Assembly (NCBI GenBank): GCA_964242895.1
Contig: CAXTBN010000008.1
Span: forward strand, 1,674 to 65,673
Direction of reading: 5' to 3'
Length of the DNA: 64,000 nucleotides
Source: an uncultured Caulobacteraceae bacterium
GTDB lineage: Bacteria > Pseudomonadota > Alphaproteobacteria > Caulobacterales > Caulobacteraceae
In this document: piece by piece, positions 40,883 through 51,449 of the stretch
Layout: the number at the start of each line of letters is the position of its first letter
Position numbering within the stretch: position 1 is the stretch's first letter
Position numbers and translations under genes: made by a program
The notes under the pieces: generated by a model
The model's input: the letters and a program-made list of their open reading frames with translations, nothing else
The model's database searches: none
What the model was told of the DNA's origin: nothing

Positions 40883-42154
40883 ATGAACATCCTCCTCGTC
40901 GGCGCGGGCGGGCGCGAGCACGCGCTGGCCTGGAAGATCGCGCAGTCGCCGCAGCTGACGCGGCTGGTGCTCGCGCCGGGCTCTGACGGCATGGCCGCGC
41001 TGGGGGAGCGCCGCGCCGTGGCGGCGACCGACGTGGACGGGCTCGTCGCGCTCGCGGCGGAGGTGGCGGCCGACCTGGTCGTGGTCGGGCCGGAGGCGGC
41101 GTTGGCCGCCGGCCTCGCCGACCGGCTCGCCCAGCAGGGGATCGCCTGCTTCGGCCCCACCGCCGCGGCCGCGCGCATCGAGAGCTCCAAGGCGTGGATG
41201 AAGGCGCTGGCCGCGCGCGCCGGCCTGCCCACCGCGCGGCATGCGGTCTTCGCCGACGCGGGCGAGGCCAAGGCGGCGCTGGGCGGCTTCGACCCGCCCT
41301 ACGTGGTCAAGGCGGACGGCCTCGCGGCGGGCAAGGGCGTGGTGATCGCCGCCACGCACGCGGAGGCGGAGGCGGCGGTCGACGACATGCTGGGCGGCCG
41401 CTTCGGCGCGGCCGGCGCGCACGTGGTGATCGAGGAGCACATGGCGGGCGAGGAGGCCTCGCTGTTCGCCCTCTGCGACGGCGAGACCGTGATCCCGTTC
41501 GGCGGCGCCCAGGATCACAAGCGCGCCTTCGACGGCGACCGGGGCCCGAACACCGGCGGCATGGGGACCTACGCGCCCGCGCCGGTGCTCACCGCCGAGG
41601 TCGAGCGGCGCGCCATGGACGAGATCGTGCGCCCGGCCGCGGCGGCGCTCGCGGCGGAGGGCGCGCCCTACCGCGGCGTGCTGTTCGCCGGGCTGATGAT
41701 CGCCGACGGCGCGCCGCGGCTCGTGGAGTTCAACGCCCGCTTCGGCGATCCCGAGTGCCAGGTGCTCATGCTGCGCCTGGAGAGCGACCTGCTGCCTTAC
41801 CTGCATGCGGCTGCCGTGGGCGGCCTCGCCGCCCTGCCCCCGCCGACGTGGCGGCCGGAGGCGGCCGTCTGCGTGGTGCTGGCGGCGCAGGGCTACCCGG
41901 AAGCGCCGCGCACAGGCGGAGTCATCGAGGGGGCGGAGGCCGACTTCGGACCGGACGTGGTCGTGTTCCACGCCGGTGCGGCGCGCGGCGCCGGCGGCGT
42001 TCTGACGGCCGCTGGCGGCCGCGTGCTGAACGTGTGCGCCCGAGCGCCTACCCTCGCCGAGGCCCGCACGAAGGCCTACGCCGCCGTGGACCGCATCCGC
42101 TTCCCGGACGGCTTCCACCGCCGCGACATCGGTTGGCGCGCCCTGGGCGGCTGA
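40883..42154 (+). CDS. purD: phosphoribosylamine--glycine ligase
   Basis: MNILLVGAGGREHALAWK N-terminus and ATP-grasp blocks. Inner ATG chosen. Confidence 0.93.
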   Translation: MNILLVGAGGREHALAWKIAQSPQLTRLVLAPGSDGMAALGERRAVAATDVDGLVALAAEVAADLVVVGPEAALAAGLADRLAQQGIACFGPTAAAARIESSKAWMKALAARAGLPTARHAVFADAGEAKAALGGFDPPYVVKADGLAAGKGVVIAATHAEAEAAVDDMLGGRFGAAGAHVVIEEHMAGEEASLFALCDGETVIPFGGAQDHKRAFDGDRGPNTGGMGTYAPAPVLTAEVERRAMDEIVRPAAAALAAEGAPYRGVLFAGLMIADGAPRLVEFNARFGDPECQVLMLRLESDLLPYLHAAAVGGLAALPPPTWRPEAAVCVVLAAQGYPEAPRTGGVIEGAEADFGPDVVVFHAGAARGAGGVLTAAGGRVLNVCARAPTLAEARTKAYAAVDRIRFPDGFHRRDIGWRALGG

Positions 42155-42196
42155 GCGCTTGCCCCCGCGCCGCCGGCCCGCCTAACGTCCGGCGCG

Positions 42197-43267
42197 ATGA
42201 CCGACACCAGCGCGCAAGCCGTCTTCTCCGGCACCAAGCCCGTCGACCCCCGCCTCGCCTTCGACGCCGCCGGCCTCGAGCGTTGGATGGCGGAGCACGT
42301 GGAGGGCTACGCCGGCCCGCTCACGGTGAATCAGTTCAAGGGCGGCCAGTCCAATCCGACCTACGAGCTCGTCACCCCGGCCGTGCGCTACGTCCTGCGC
42401 CGCAAGCCGCCCGGCAAGCTCCTGCCCAGCGCCCACGCCGTGGACCGCGAATACAAGGTGATCACAGCGCTCGGGACCACCGGGTTCCCCGTGCCGCGCA
42501 CCTACGGCCTGTGCACCGACGACGCCGTGATCGGCACCATGTTCTACGTGATGGAGAAGGTGGAGGGCCGCATCCTGTGGGACCTCTCCCTGCCCGACAT
42601 GACACGCGCCGAACGCCGCGCCGTCTACGAGAACCAGGTCGACGTGCTGGCCCAGCTGCACACCACCAACTACGCCGCCGTCGGCCTCGGCGACTACGGC
42701 AAGCCCGGCAACTACTTCGCCCGCCAGGTGGACCGCTGGACCAAGCAGTACCGCGCCAGCGAGACCGAAACCCTGCCGGAGATGGACCGGCTGATAGAAT
42801 GGCTCCCGCGCACCGTCCCGCAGGACGACGCCACCTCCATCGTCCACGGCGACTTCCGGCTGGACAACACGGTGCTGCACCCGACCGAGCCGCGCATCTC
42901 CGCGGTGCTCGACTGGGAACTGTCCACGCTGGGCAATCCGATGGCGGACTTCAGCTACTACCTGATGCAGTGGGTCATGCCCTCCACCGAGGGGCGGGGC
43001 ATCGGCGGGAAGGACCTGTCGGACCTCGGCATCCCGAGTTCGGACGAGATCGTGGCGCGCTACTGCCGCCTGACCGGCCGCGACGGCGTGCCCCAGCTCG
43101 ACTGGTACTTCAGCTACAACCTGTTCCGGCTGGCGGGCATCGTGCAGGGCATCGCCGGCCGCGTGCGCGACGGCACCGCCGCCAGCGCCCAGGCCGCCGA
43201 GACCGCCAAGCGCGTGCCGAGCCTGGCGCAGAACGCGTGGATGTTCGCGCAACGCGCGGGCGCTTGA
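42197..43267 (+). CDS. phosphotransferase (APH/ChoK-like kinase) family protein
   Basis: Brenner motif IVHGDFRLDN and DWE downstream motif. Confidence 0.82.
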   Translation: MTDTSAQAVFSGTKPVDPRLAFDAAGLERWMAEHVEGYAGPLTVNQFKGGQSNPTYELVTPAVRYVLRRKPPGKLLPSAHAVDREYKVITALGTTGFPVPRTYGLCTDDAVIGTMFYVMEKVEGRILWDLSLPDMTRAERRAVYENQVDVLAQLHTTNYAAVGLGDYGKPGNYFARQVDRWTKQYRASETETLPEMDRLIEWLPRTVPQDDATSIVHGDFRLDNTVLHPTEPRISAVLDWELSTLGNPMADFSYYLMQWVMPSTEGRGIGGKDLSDLGIPSSDEIVARYCRLTGRDGVPQLDWYFSYNLFRLAGIVQGIAGRVRDGTAASAQAAETAKRVPSLAQNAWMFAQRAGA

Positions 43268-43298
43268 GACCAGCAACAGTCTGACGGGGGACAGGGCG

Positions 43299-44651
43299 AT
43301 GCGGAAGGTGTGGGGGACGACGCTCGGCTGCGTAGCGGCGGCTACGCTCGCGGGTGCGGCGGCGGCGCAGACGGTGGGCCCGGGCGCGCCCGCCGGGGCC
43401 GAGGCGCCCCGCGCGCGCTTGCCCGTCGAAGCGGTGACATATGTGCAAGCCGGAAGGCTGCTGGCCGACCCCGCCTCCGGCCGCGTGCTCACGCAGAAGA
43501 CGCTGGTCATCCGCGGCGGCAAGGTCGCCGAGGTGCGCGACGGCTTCGTGCCCGCCGAGCCCGGCGCGCAGCTGGTCGACCTGCGCCAGAGCTTCGTGCT
43601 CCCCGGCTTGATCGACAGCCACGTGCACCTCCTCGGCGAGGGCAATCCCAACCAGCGGCTGGAGGCCGTGACCAAGACCACCAGCGACCAGGCCATGGAC
43701 GGCGTGGTCCACGCCCGCCGCACCTTAGAGGCCGGCTTCACCACCGTGGCCGACTGCGGCGATAACGACGAGGCGATCTTCGCGCTGCGCGACGCGGTGA
43801 AGGCGGGCAAGGTGCCCGGCCCGCGCATCCTGGCCGCAGGTGAGCCGCTGAGCCCCCACGGCGGCCACGGCGACGTCACCCACTACCGCCCCGACGTGAT
43901 CCACGATCTCGAGGACTCGACCCTCTGCACCGGGGCCGACGAGTGCGCGCGCAAGACGCGTCAGCAGATCAACCTGGGGGCTGACCTGATCAAGATCCTG
44001 GCCACGGGCGGCGTGCTCGACGGCGGCGCGACGGGCGTGGATCAGCAGTTCACCGACGCGGAACTCTCCGCCATCGTCACTAGCGCCCACGCCATGGGCC
44101 GCATGGTCAAGGCGCACGCCCACGGGGCCAAGGGCATCAACGCCGCGTTGCGCGCCGGCGTCGACTCCATCGAGCACGGCACCTTCCTCGACGCGGAGAG
44201 CATCCGCCTCTTCAAGGAGCACGGCGCCTGGCTCGTGCCGACGCTGGTCGCCGGCGACACCGTCGCGCGCGAGGCCGCCCGGCCCGACACCTACTTCCTG
44301 CCCGAGCAGAAGGCCAAGGCGATGCAGGTGGGACCGCTGATGCAGGCCATGGGCCGCCGCGCCCACGACGCCGGGATCAAGGTCGCCTTCGGCACCGACA
44401 TGGGCGTCGGAAAGCACGGCGAGAACGCGCGCGAGTTCGCCCTGATGGTCTCCGCCGGCTTCACGCCGCTGGAGGCCATCCAGGCGGCGACCAACCGTGG
44501 GGCCGAGCACCTGCGCCAGGCCGACATCGGCGCGCTGACGCCCGGCAAGCAGGCCGACCTGATCGCGGTCGCGGGCGACCCGCTGGCCGACGTCACCGAG
44601 CTCCAGCACGTGCGCTTCGTCATGAAGGGAGGCGAGGTGTTCAAGCGCTGA
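43299..44651 (+). CDS. exported amidohydrolase family protein
   Basis: Signal peptide. Metal-binding DSHVHL; later HAHG and FGTDMG blocks. Confidence 0.82.
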   Translation: MRKVWGTTLGCVAAATLAGAAAAQTVGPGAPAGAEAPRARLPVEAVTYVQAGRLLADPASGRVLTQKTLVIRGGKVAEVRDGFVPAEPGAQLVDLRQSFVLPGLIDSHVHLLGEGNPNQRLEAVTKTTSDQAMDGVVHARRTLEAGFTTVADCGDNDEAIFALRDAVKAGKVPGPRILAAGEPLSPHGGHGDVTHYRPDVIHDLEDSTLCTGADECARKTRQQINLGADLIKILATGGVLDGGATGVDQQFTDAELSAIVTSAHAMGRMVKAHAHGAKGINAALRAGVDSIEHGTFLDAESIRLFKEHGAWLVPTLVAGDTVAREAARPDTYFLPEQKAKAMQVGPLMQAMGRRAHDAGIKVAFGTDMGVGKHGENAREFALMVSAGFTPLEAIQAATNRGAEHLRQADIGALTPGKQADLIAVAGDPLADVTELQHVRFVMKGGEVFKR

Positions 44652-44704
44652 CCGAAGCTGGGCCGGACGCTGCATCCGATCCTGGCCCGGCGCGCTCTGC
44701 GTCC

Positions 44705-46582
44705 ATGACCGTTCTCGACGCCCTGCTCGGCCGCCGGCTGGCCAACAACGAGCAGGCCGACCGCAAGATCGGCTGGTTCGAGGCCGTGCCCGCCATGGGG
44801 CTCGACGGGCTGGGCTCGTCGTCCTACGGGCCGGAGGCCGCGTTGGCGGTGATGGCCCCGGTCGGGGTCGCGAGCCTCGCCTATGTCGGCCCGATCACCG
44901 GCCTGATCGTGGCGCTGCTGGTGGTGCTCTACCTTTCCTACCGCCAGACTGTGGTCGCCTACCCGACCAACGGCGGCGCCTACACGGTCGCCAAGGAGAA
45001 CCTCGGCCGCAACGCCAGCCTGCTGGCCGCGACGGCCATCATGATCGACTACGTGCTCAACGTGGCGGTGGGCATCTCGGCGGGCGTGGGCGCGCTCACC
45101 TCGTCGATCCCGTCGCTGCAGCCGCACACCCTGATCCTGTGCCTGGGCGTGCTGGCCCTGGTGACCGCCGCCAACCTGCGCGGCACGGGCGAGGCCGGAT
45201 GGCTGTTCTCGCTGCCGACCTACGTGTTCCTCGCCAGCTTCCTCGCGCTGATCGCGGTGGGCGTGGTGCGGCTGGTGATGTCGGGCGGCCACCCGCACCC
45301 GGTGGTGGCCCCGCCGCCGCTCGCCCACGCCGGCCAGGCGGTCGGCCTGTGGCTGCTGGTGCGGGCCTTCGCGGCGGGGTGCACGGCGATGACGGGCGTG
45401 GAGGCCGTCTCCAACGGAGTGGACGCCTTCAAGCCGCCCGTCACCCGGCAGGCGCACATGACGCTGACGGTGATCTGCGTCGCGCTGGGCGTGCTGCTGG
45501 CCGGCGTGGCCGCGCTGGCGCACGGCTATGGCCTGGGCGCCATGGACCAGACCAAGCCGGGCTACCAGAGCGTCATGTCCCAGCTGACGGGCGCGGTGGC
45601 GGGCCGCGGCCCGCTGTACGGCGTGGCGATGGCGAGCCTGCTCGCGGTGCTGTGCCTGTCGGCCAACACGAGCTTCGTGGGCTTCCCGCGCGTGTGCCGG
45701 CTCGTGGCGCAGGACGGCTTCCTGCCGCGCCCTTTCGCCATCGCGGACCGCCGGCTGATCTTCTCGGTGGGGGTGGCGTTCCTGACGGTGACCGCCGGGG
45801 CGCTGCTGGTCGTCTTCAGGGGCGTCACGGACAAGCTGATCCCCCTGTTCGCCGTGGGCGCCTTCCTCACCTTCACCATGAGCCAGCTCGGCATGGTGGC
45901 GCACTGGCGCAAGCAGCCGGGCGGCAACCACGGCCGCCTCGCCCTCAACGCGGTGGGGGCCGCAACGACGGTCGTCGCGCTGGCGGTGATCGTCGCCGCC
46001 AAGTTCGTCGAGGGCGCGTGGATCGTGGTGCTGGCGCTGCCCGCCACGGTGGCGCTGCTGCTGGCGATCCGGCGCTACTACGACGCTCAGGACGCGCGGA
46101 CGGCCCCGCAGGGCGCGTTCACGGCGGGCGAGACGGAGCCGCCCGTCATCCTCGTTGCGGTGGAGGGCCGCAGCCGCATGAGCGACCGCGCCCTGCAGTT
46201 CGCCATGACGCTGTCCCCCGACGTGATCGCCGTCCACCTCCTCCATCTCGAGGGGCCCGACCAGGAGGAGGACGTCCGCGCGCTGAAGGCCCGCTGGCGG
46301 CGCGAGGTGGACGAGCCGCTGGCCGGGACGGGCCGTCACGCGCCGCGGCTGGTGGCTCTGCCGGCCCCGCTGCGCAACATCCACGGGCCGCTGCTCGAGT
46401 TCATGGAGAAGCTCGACGTCGACACGCCGGGGCGCTCCGTTGCGGTGCTGATCCCCGAGCTGGTGCTGACCCGCTGGTGGGAGCGCGTGCTGCACGCCCG
46501 CCGCGCCGAGCAGCTGCGGGCCGCCCTGCTCAAGCACGGCGGCCCGCGGGTGAACGTGATGATCTCGCCCTGGCGGAGCTGA
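44705..46582 (+). CDS. APC-superfamily permease with cytoplasmic C-terminal (USP-like) domain
   Basis: About 12 TM N-terminal region, then about 155 hydrophilic residues (ILVAVEGRSRMSDRALQFA...). Confidence 0.75.
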   Translation: MTVLDALLGRRLANNEQADRKIGWFEAVPAMGLDGLGSSSYGPEAALAVMAPVGVASLAYVGPITGLIVALLVVLYLSYRQTVVAYPTNGGAYTVAKENLGRNASLLAATAIMIDYVLNVAVGISAGVGALTSSIPSLQPHTLILCLGVLALVTAANLRGTGEAGWLFSLPTYVFLASFLALIAVGVVRLVMSGGHPHPVVAPPPLAHAGQAVGLWLLVRAFAAGCTAMTGVEAVSNGVDAFKPPVTRQAHMTLTVICVALGVLLAGVAALAHGYGLGAMDQTKPGYQSVMSQLTGAVAGRGPLYGVAMASLLAVLCLSANTSFVGFPRVCRLVAQDGFLPRPFAIADRRLIFSVGVAFLTVTAGALLVVFRGVTDKLIPLFAVGAFLTFTMSQLGMVAHWRKQPGGNHGRLALNAVGAATTVVALAVIVAAKFVEGAWIVVLALPATVALLLAIRRYYDAQDARTAPQGAFTAGETEPPVILVAVEGRSRMSDRALQFAMTLSPDVIAVHLLHLEGPDQEEDVRALKARWRREVDEPLAGTGRHAPRLVALPAPLRNIHGPLLEFMEKLDVDTPGRSVAVLIPELVLTRWWERVLHARRAEQLRAALLKHGGPRVNVMISPWRS

Positions 46583-46585
46583 CCG

Positions 46586-47599
46586 TCAGACCGCTCCGCC
46601 CGCCACCTGCGCCAGGCGCGTCGCCACGGCGGCCTCGTCCAAGAAGCGCACGCGCACACGCCAGACCTCGATCCGCCCGCGCCAGGCGACCGGCAGGCGC
46701 GCGGCGTCCTTCTCCGTGGTGATAAGGCCCGCGCCGAGCGCCTGCGCCCGCGCCGCCATCACGCGCAGGTCGGCCTCCGTATAGGCGTGGTGGTCGGGCC
46801 AGGGCGCGAAGTCGGCAAGGTCGCAGCCGGCGGCGCGCAGGGCCCGCTCCACCTTCCACGGCTTGCCGACGCCCGCGAAGCCGAACCAGCGCCCTGGTGG
46901 CGGCGGGGCGGCCGGCTCCAGCCGGGCGAGCCACACGGGCAGGCCGGCGAAGACGGCGAGGAGCTCGGGGTCGGGCGCGTCCAGGTCGGCGGGCAGGAGG
47001 AGCACGACCGCGTCCGCACGCGCCAGCCCCGCGGCGAGCGGCTCGCGCAGGGGACCGGCAGGAAAGACGGCCCCGTCGCCGAAGGGCCACTCGCCGCCGC
47101 GCGTCTCGCCGTCGACCACCACCAGCGACAGCGCCTTAAGCACGGACGGGTTCTGGTGGCCGTCGTCCATCACGACCACCTGCGCGCGCGCCGCCACGGC
47201 CGCCCTTGCGCCCGCCGCCCGGTCGCGGGCGATCCAGAACGGGCCGTCGCCGGCGAGCATGACCGGCTCGTCCCCCACCTCCGCCGCCGGGTCGCCAGGC
47301 GAGACGCGGCGCGGACCGGGGTTGGACCCGCCGTGGCCGCGCGACAGGCCGTGCGCCTCGACGCCCTGCGCCCGCAGCAGGCGCAGCACTTCGCGCACCA
47401 CGGGCGTCTTGCCCGCGCCTCCCACGGTGAGGTTGCCGACGCAGATCACCGGCGCGCTGGGGTCGAAGGGGGTGGTCCGCGCGATCCGGCGCGCCGTAGC
47501 CCACGCCCAGATCCACGACACCGGCCGCAGCAGCGCGCGCAGCACGGGCGCGGGCGCGCCGGAGCGCACGTACCACCAGCGCGGGGTGGCGAGCTTCAC
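46586..47599 (-). CDS. lpxK: tetraacyldisaccharide 4'-kinase
   Basis: P-loop GNLTVGGAGKTP. The GTG start overlaps the waaA stop (GTGA). Confidence 0.9.
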   Translation of the reverse strand: MKLATPRWWYVRSGAPAPVLRALLRPVSWIWAWATARRIARTTPFDPSAPVICVGNLTVGGAGKTPVVREVLRLLRAQGVEAHGLSRGHGGSNPGPRRVSPGDPAAEVGDEPVMLAGDGPFWIARDRAAGARAAVAARAQVVVMDDGHQNPSVLKALSLVVVDGETRGGEWPFGDGAVFPAGPLREPLAAGLARADAVVLLLPADLDAPDPELLAVFAGLPVWLARLEPAAPPPPGRWFGFAGVGKPWKVERALRAAGCDLADFAPWPDHHAYTEADLRVMAARAQALGAGLITTEKDAARLPVAWRGRIEVWRVRVRFLDEAAVATRLAQVAGGAV

Positions 47600-48891
47600 G
47601 CGCCGCCGGGCGGCGCGGAGCCGGGCTCCGGCCGTGGCGGCAGGAGGTCGACCAGCCGCGCCGCCGTGCGCGCGACCTCCACATCCTGCCGACCGAGCAG
47701 GGCGCGCGCGGCGGCGGCGCGGGCGCGCGCGGCGGCCGGCTCGTCCAGGTCGGCGGCCCAGGCCGCGGCGAGGCCGGGCGCGTCGGCGACGACGGCCACC
47801 GCATCGCCGAGGGCGCTGTAGGCGTCGTGCGCGTTCTCGCGGTGCGGTCCGGTGATCACGGGAACGCCCAGCCGCGCCGGCTCGACCGGATTGTGGCCGC
47901 CGATCCCGGCGGGCAGGCTCCCGCCCAGGAAGACGGAGGTGGCCAGGCGGAACCAGAGGCCGAGCTCGCCCACCACGTCCGCCACGTGCACCGCCGCGCC
48001 GCCGAACGGCTCGCCCGCGCCTTGCCGACTGACGGGGAAACCGCGCCCCGCCGTCAGGGCGGCGACCTCCGCTCCGCGGTGCGGATGCCGCGGAGCGACC
48101 ACCAGCCAGGGCGCGTCAGGCCGGTCCGCGAGAGCGAGGAAGGCGTCCAGCGCCGCCGCCTCCTCGCCCGGGTGCGTGGAGGCGGCCAGCAGCACCGGCC
48201 GTCCCGCCGCGGCCAGGCGCAGGGCCGCAAGCGCCCGCGGCTTGGCCGGCAGGTCTCCGCCGGCCAGCTTGAGATTCAGTCGGCCGTCGTCTCGCGCACC
48301 CAGGCGGCTCAACGCCGCGGCGGTGGCGTCGTCTTGCGCGAGCACCAGGTCGTAGCCGCCGAACACGGCGCGCGCGGAGCGCCGGGCCTTGCTCCAGCCG
48401 CCGAGGCTCGCCTGCGACAGGCGCGCCGAGACCAGCGCCGTACGCCCGCCGCCTCGCCGGACGGCGCGCAGCAGGTTCGGCCACACCTCGCTCTCGGCGA
48501 ACACGGCGAGGTCGGGCCGCCACCGGGCGACGAAACGGCCGGCGGCGGCCGGCGCGTCCAAGGGGGCGAAACGGTGCAGCACGCCCTCCGGCAGCCGGCG
48601 GAGCATCAGGGTCGCTGCCGTGACCGTGCCCGAGGTGACCAGCAGCGTGACGTCGGGGGCCGCGGCCCGGAGCGACTCCACGAGCGGCAGCAGCGACAGC
48701 CCCTCGCCCACGCTGGCGCCGTGGAGCCAGACGAGCCGGCCGGGCGGACGCTCGCCGCTGTCGCGACCCAGGCGCTCCGGCAGGCGCGCCGCGTCCTCGC
48801 GCCCGGCCCGCACGCGCCGTCGCAGGAGTGCGGGCAGGAACGGCTCGGCCGCGGCGGTCAGCGCCCGGTAGAGGGCCAGCGTCGGCGTCAC
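47596..48891 (-). CDS. waaA: 3-deoxy-D-manno-octulosonic acid transferase
   Basis: GTG start (VTPTLALYR). WLHGASVGE signature. Overlaps the DUF374 stop (GTGA). Confidence 0.88.
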   Translation of the reverse strand: MTPTLALYRALTAAAEPFLPALLRRRVRAGREDAARLPERLGRDSGERPPGRLVWLHGASVGEGLSLLPLVESLRAAAPDVTLLVTSGTVTAATLMLRRLPEGVLHRFAPLDAPAAAGRFVARWRPDLAVFAESEVWPNLLRAVRRGGGRTALVSARLSQASLGGWSKARRSARAVFGGYDLVLAQDDATAAALSRLGARDDGRLNLKLAGGDLPAKPRALAALRLAAAGRPVLLAASTHPGEEAAALDAFLALADRPDAPWLVVAPRHPHRGAEVAALTAGRGFPVSRQGAGEPFGGAAVHVADVVGELGLWFRLATSVFLGGSLPAGIGGHNPVEPARLGVPVITGPHRENAHDAYSALGDAVAVVADAPGLAAAWAADLDEPAAARARAAAARALLGRQDVEVARTAARLVDLLPPRPEPGSAPPGGA

Positions 48892-49565
48892 ACCCCAGCC
48901 TCCGCCCGGGCGGTGACGGCCTGCAGACGCGCGCGCCAGTCCTCCCGCAAGGGCTCGGGATCGGCGTCGCGACCGATCGTGAACGGGCCGTCCCACGCGA
49001 TCAGCCCGCGGGCGAACGGCAGGGGCACGACGTGGCGGTCCCAGCTCTTCAGGCGCAGGCAGGGTCGGCAGGCGAGGCCCACCAGCAGCACGGGCGCGCC
49101 CGAGGCGCGGGCCAGGAGCGGCGGACCGTCCGTCATGACGCCCGGCGGCCCGCGGGGGCCGTCGGGGGTGATGGCGACGCCGCCGCCGCCCCGGATCCAG
49201 CGCAGCGTCTCGCGAAAGGCGGCCGCCCCGCCTTTCGACTTCGCCGGGTCGGAGGTCTTGGCCGCCGATCCGCGGATGGCGGGGAAGCCCAGGCGCTCCA
49301 CGGCCGCGGCGACGAAGCCGCCGTCCGCCGAGAGCGAGATCAGGGCCCGCGGCTCCTGCGCCCGGGCGAGGGGCCAGCAGGCGGGCGAGAGCGCGATGCG
49401 GCCGTGCTGGAAGCAGACGATCACGCCGCCGCCCGCGTCCCACACCCCTTCGGCCCGCTCTCTCCCCTCCCAGCGCCAGCGGATGGTGCCGAGCGCGAAC
49501 CGCAGGTAGCCGGCGAGAAGGCGCGAGAGCACCGCCTGCACCACCGGATGCCGTAGCGGCCTCAC
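48888..49565 (-). CDS. DUF374 / lysophospholipid acyltransferase-like protein
   Basis: 225 aa. Position between msbA and waaA, and overall pattern, typical of DUF374 proteins. Confidence 0.65.
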   Translation of the reverse strand: MRPLRHPVVQAVLSRLLAGYLRFALGTIRWRWEGRERAEGVWDAGGGVIVCFQHGRIALSPACWPLARAQEPRALISLSADGGFVAAAVERLGFPAIRGSAAKTSDPAKSKGGAAAFRETLRWIRGGGGVAITPDGPRGPPGVMTDGPPLLARASGAPVLLVGLACRPCLRLKSWDRHVVPLPFARGLIAWDGPFTIGRDADPEPLREDWRARLQAVTARAEAGV

Positions 49566-49584
49566 GACGTCGGCGGGGAAGCCG

Positions 49585-51393
49585 TCACGCCGCCACGTCC
49601 AGGTTCTGCGCGCGGGCGAGGCGGGCGTAGAGGCCGCCCCGGGCCACCAGGGAGGCGTGCGTGCCCTCCTCCACCACGCGGCCGGCGTCGATCACGTAGA
49701 TGCGGTCGGCCCCGCGCACGGTGGACAGGCGGTGGGCGATCATCAGCGTGGTGCGCCCGGCGGTGAGACGTTCCAGCGCGATCTGCACCAGCGCCTCACT
49801 CTCCGTGTCCAACGCGCTGGTGGCTTCGTCGAGCAGCAGGATGGGCGCGTCCTTCAGGAACGCGCGGGCGATGGAGATGCGCTGGCGCTGGCCGCCGGAG
49901 AGGCGCGCGCCGGCCTCGCCCACCGGCGTGTCGTAGCCCTGCGGCAGAGCGGCGACGAAGTCGTGGGCGGCCGCCTGGCGCGCGGCGTCCTCCACCTCGG
50001 CGTCGGTGGCGTCGGGCCGGGCGCCGGCGATGTTGGCGCGCACCGTGTCGTCGAACAGGAACGGCTCCTGCGTGACCAGGGCCACGCGGCGGCGCAGCGA
50101 TTGCAGGGTGACGGCGCGCACATCCTGGCCGTCGACGGTCACGGCCCCCGCCGTCACGTCGTAGAAGCGCGGGATCAGGTTCAGCAGCGTCGACTTGCCC
50201 CCGCCGGAGGGGCCGACCAGGGCGACCGTCTCGCCGGGCCGCACCTCCAGCGTCACGTCCTGCAGGGCCGCGGTGCCGGGGGCGTAGCCGAAGCCCACGC
50301 GCTCGAAGCGCACGCGCGAAGGACCGGGAGCGAGGGGCGCGGCGTCCGGCCGATCGGCCACCTCGGGCGCGACGTCCAGGGCGGCGAACAGGCGGCGCGC
50401 GGCCTGCACGCCCTCCGCGAACACGGCCTGCAGGTTGGACACCTGCCGCAGGCTCTGCGCCGCCATGGTGAGGAGCACCAGGAAGGCGGTGAGCTGGCCC
50501 AGCGTCAGCTTGCCCTCCGTCGCGCGCCAGCCGGCGTAGAAGATCACCGCGGCGGTCACGAGCACGCTGATGGTCTCGGTCACGGCCGGCGCGGCGGCGC
50601 GGGCGATGGCGCCCTTGATGATGTGGCGCTCGCGGCGGGCGACCACGGCGGCCACGCGGGCGGTCTCCACGGCTTCGCGGTCGTCGATCTTGACCAGCTT
50701 GATGCCGTCCAGGCTCTCCATCACGGCGGTGGACAGGGCGGAGGTCTCGTTCATGGCGCCCGCCGCCGCCTTGCGCGTGCGCTTGGAGAAGCGGCGCATC
50801 ACCCCGGAAGCCAGCGGCCCCGCCACCAGCACCAGCACGGTCAGGTACGGGTCTTGGAACGCCATGGCGGCCACGGCGAACACGACCGTCAGCCCCTCGC
50901 GCGTGTAGTTGACCACGCCCTGCGTCGCCGCCTCGCGGATCAGCCCCGCGTCGTAGAGCACCGAGGAGACGTAGGCGCCCGAGTGGCGCGCGCGCAGCTG
51001 GGCGAGGTCGGCGTGCACGAGGTTCTTGAACAGGCGCACCTGCATCTCGCCGACCATGCCGTGGCCGATGCGGTTCACGAGCGCCGACTGCCCGATCTGC
51101 GCCGCCCCGCGGATCAGGCCGAGCACGACGATCAGCCCTGTGATCACCAGGAGCGAGTCGAGCCGCTTCTGGATGAAGACGCGCTTCACCACCGGATTCA
51201 GCATCCAGCCCAGCGTGGCCGTCAGCACCGCCACCACCGCCGCGCACAGGAGCGCGCCGACCAGCCCCCGCAGCCGCGGCCGCAGATGCTCGCGGTAGAG
51301 CCTGAGCGCCACCTTGCGGGCGGAGGGCTCGGCCGCGTCGAGGTCGACGGTGGTCACGGCGCAGGTGGTGCGGCGCATGCGCCAGGGCGTCAA
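49585..51393 (-). CDS. msbA: ABC transporter permease/ATPase, MsbA-like lipid A exporter
   Basis: 6-TM domain plus Walker [10 protein letters not shown], signature LSGGQRQR and Walker [13 protein letters not shown]. Confidence 0.85.
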   Translation of the reverse strand: MTPWRMRRTTCAVTTVDLDAAEPSARKVALRLYREHLRPRLRGLVGALLCAAVVAVLTATLGWMLNPVVKRVFIQKRLDSLLVITGLIVVLGLIRGAAQIGQSALVNRIGHGMVGEMQVRLFKNLVHADLAQLRARHSGAYVSSVLYDAGLIREAATQGVVNYTREGLTVVFAVAAMAFQDPYLTVLVLVAGPLASGVMRRFSKRTRKAAAGAMNETSALSTAVMESLDGIKLVKIDDREAVETARVAAVVARRERHIIKGAIARAAAPAVTETISVLVTAAVIFYAGWRATEGKLTLGQLTAFLVLLTMAAQSLRQVSNLQAVFAEGVQAARRLFAALDVAPEVADRPDAAPLAPGPSRVRFERVGFGYAPGTAALQDVTLEVRPGETVALVGPSGGGKSTLLNLIPRFYDVTAGAVTVDGQDVRAVTLQSLRRRVALVTQEPFLFDDTVRANIAGARPDATDAEVEDAARQAAAHDFVAALPQGYDTPVGEAGARLSGGQRQRISIARAFLKDAPILLLDEATSALDTESEALVQIALERLTAGRTTLMIAHRLSTVRGADRIYVIDAGRVVEEGTHASLVARGGLYARLARAQNLDVAA

Positions 51394-51449
51394 GCCGCGC
51401 GTACGGGCGCCTCCCCCATCGCGCCCGCGCGCGCTATGGGCGGAGCGCT

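Noticed and set aside
44291-46537. A 748-aa minus-strand ORF opposite the APC permease gene.
   Set aside because: It lies antisense to a gene with an obvious multi-TM permease pattern. It is composed of His/Arg/Gln/Gly-rich low complexity and carries no recognisable motifs.
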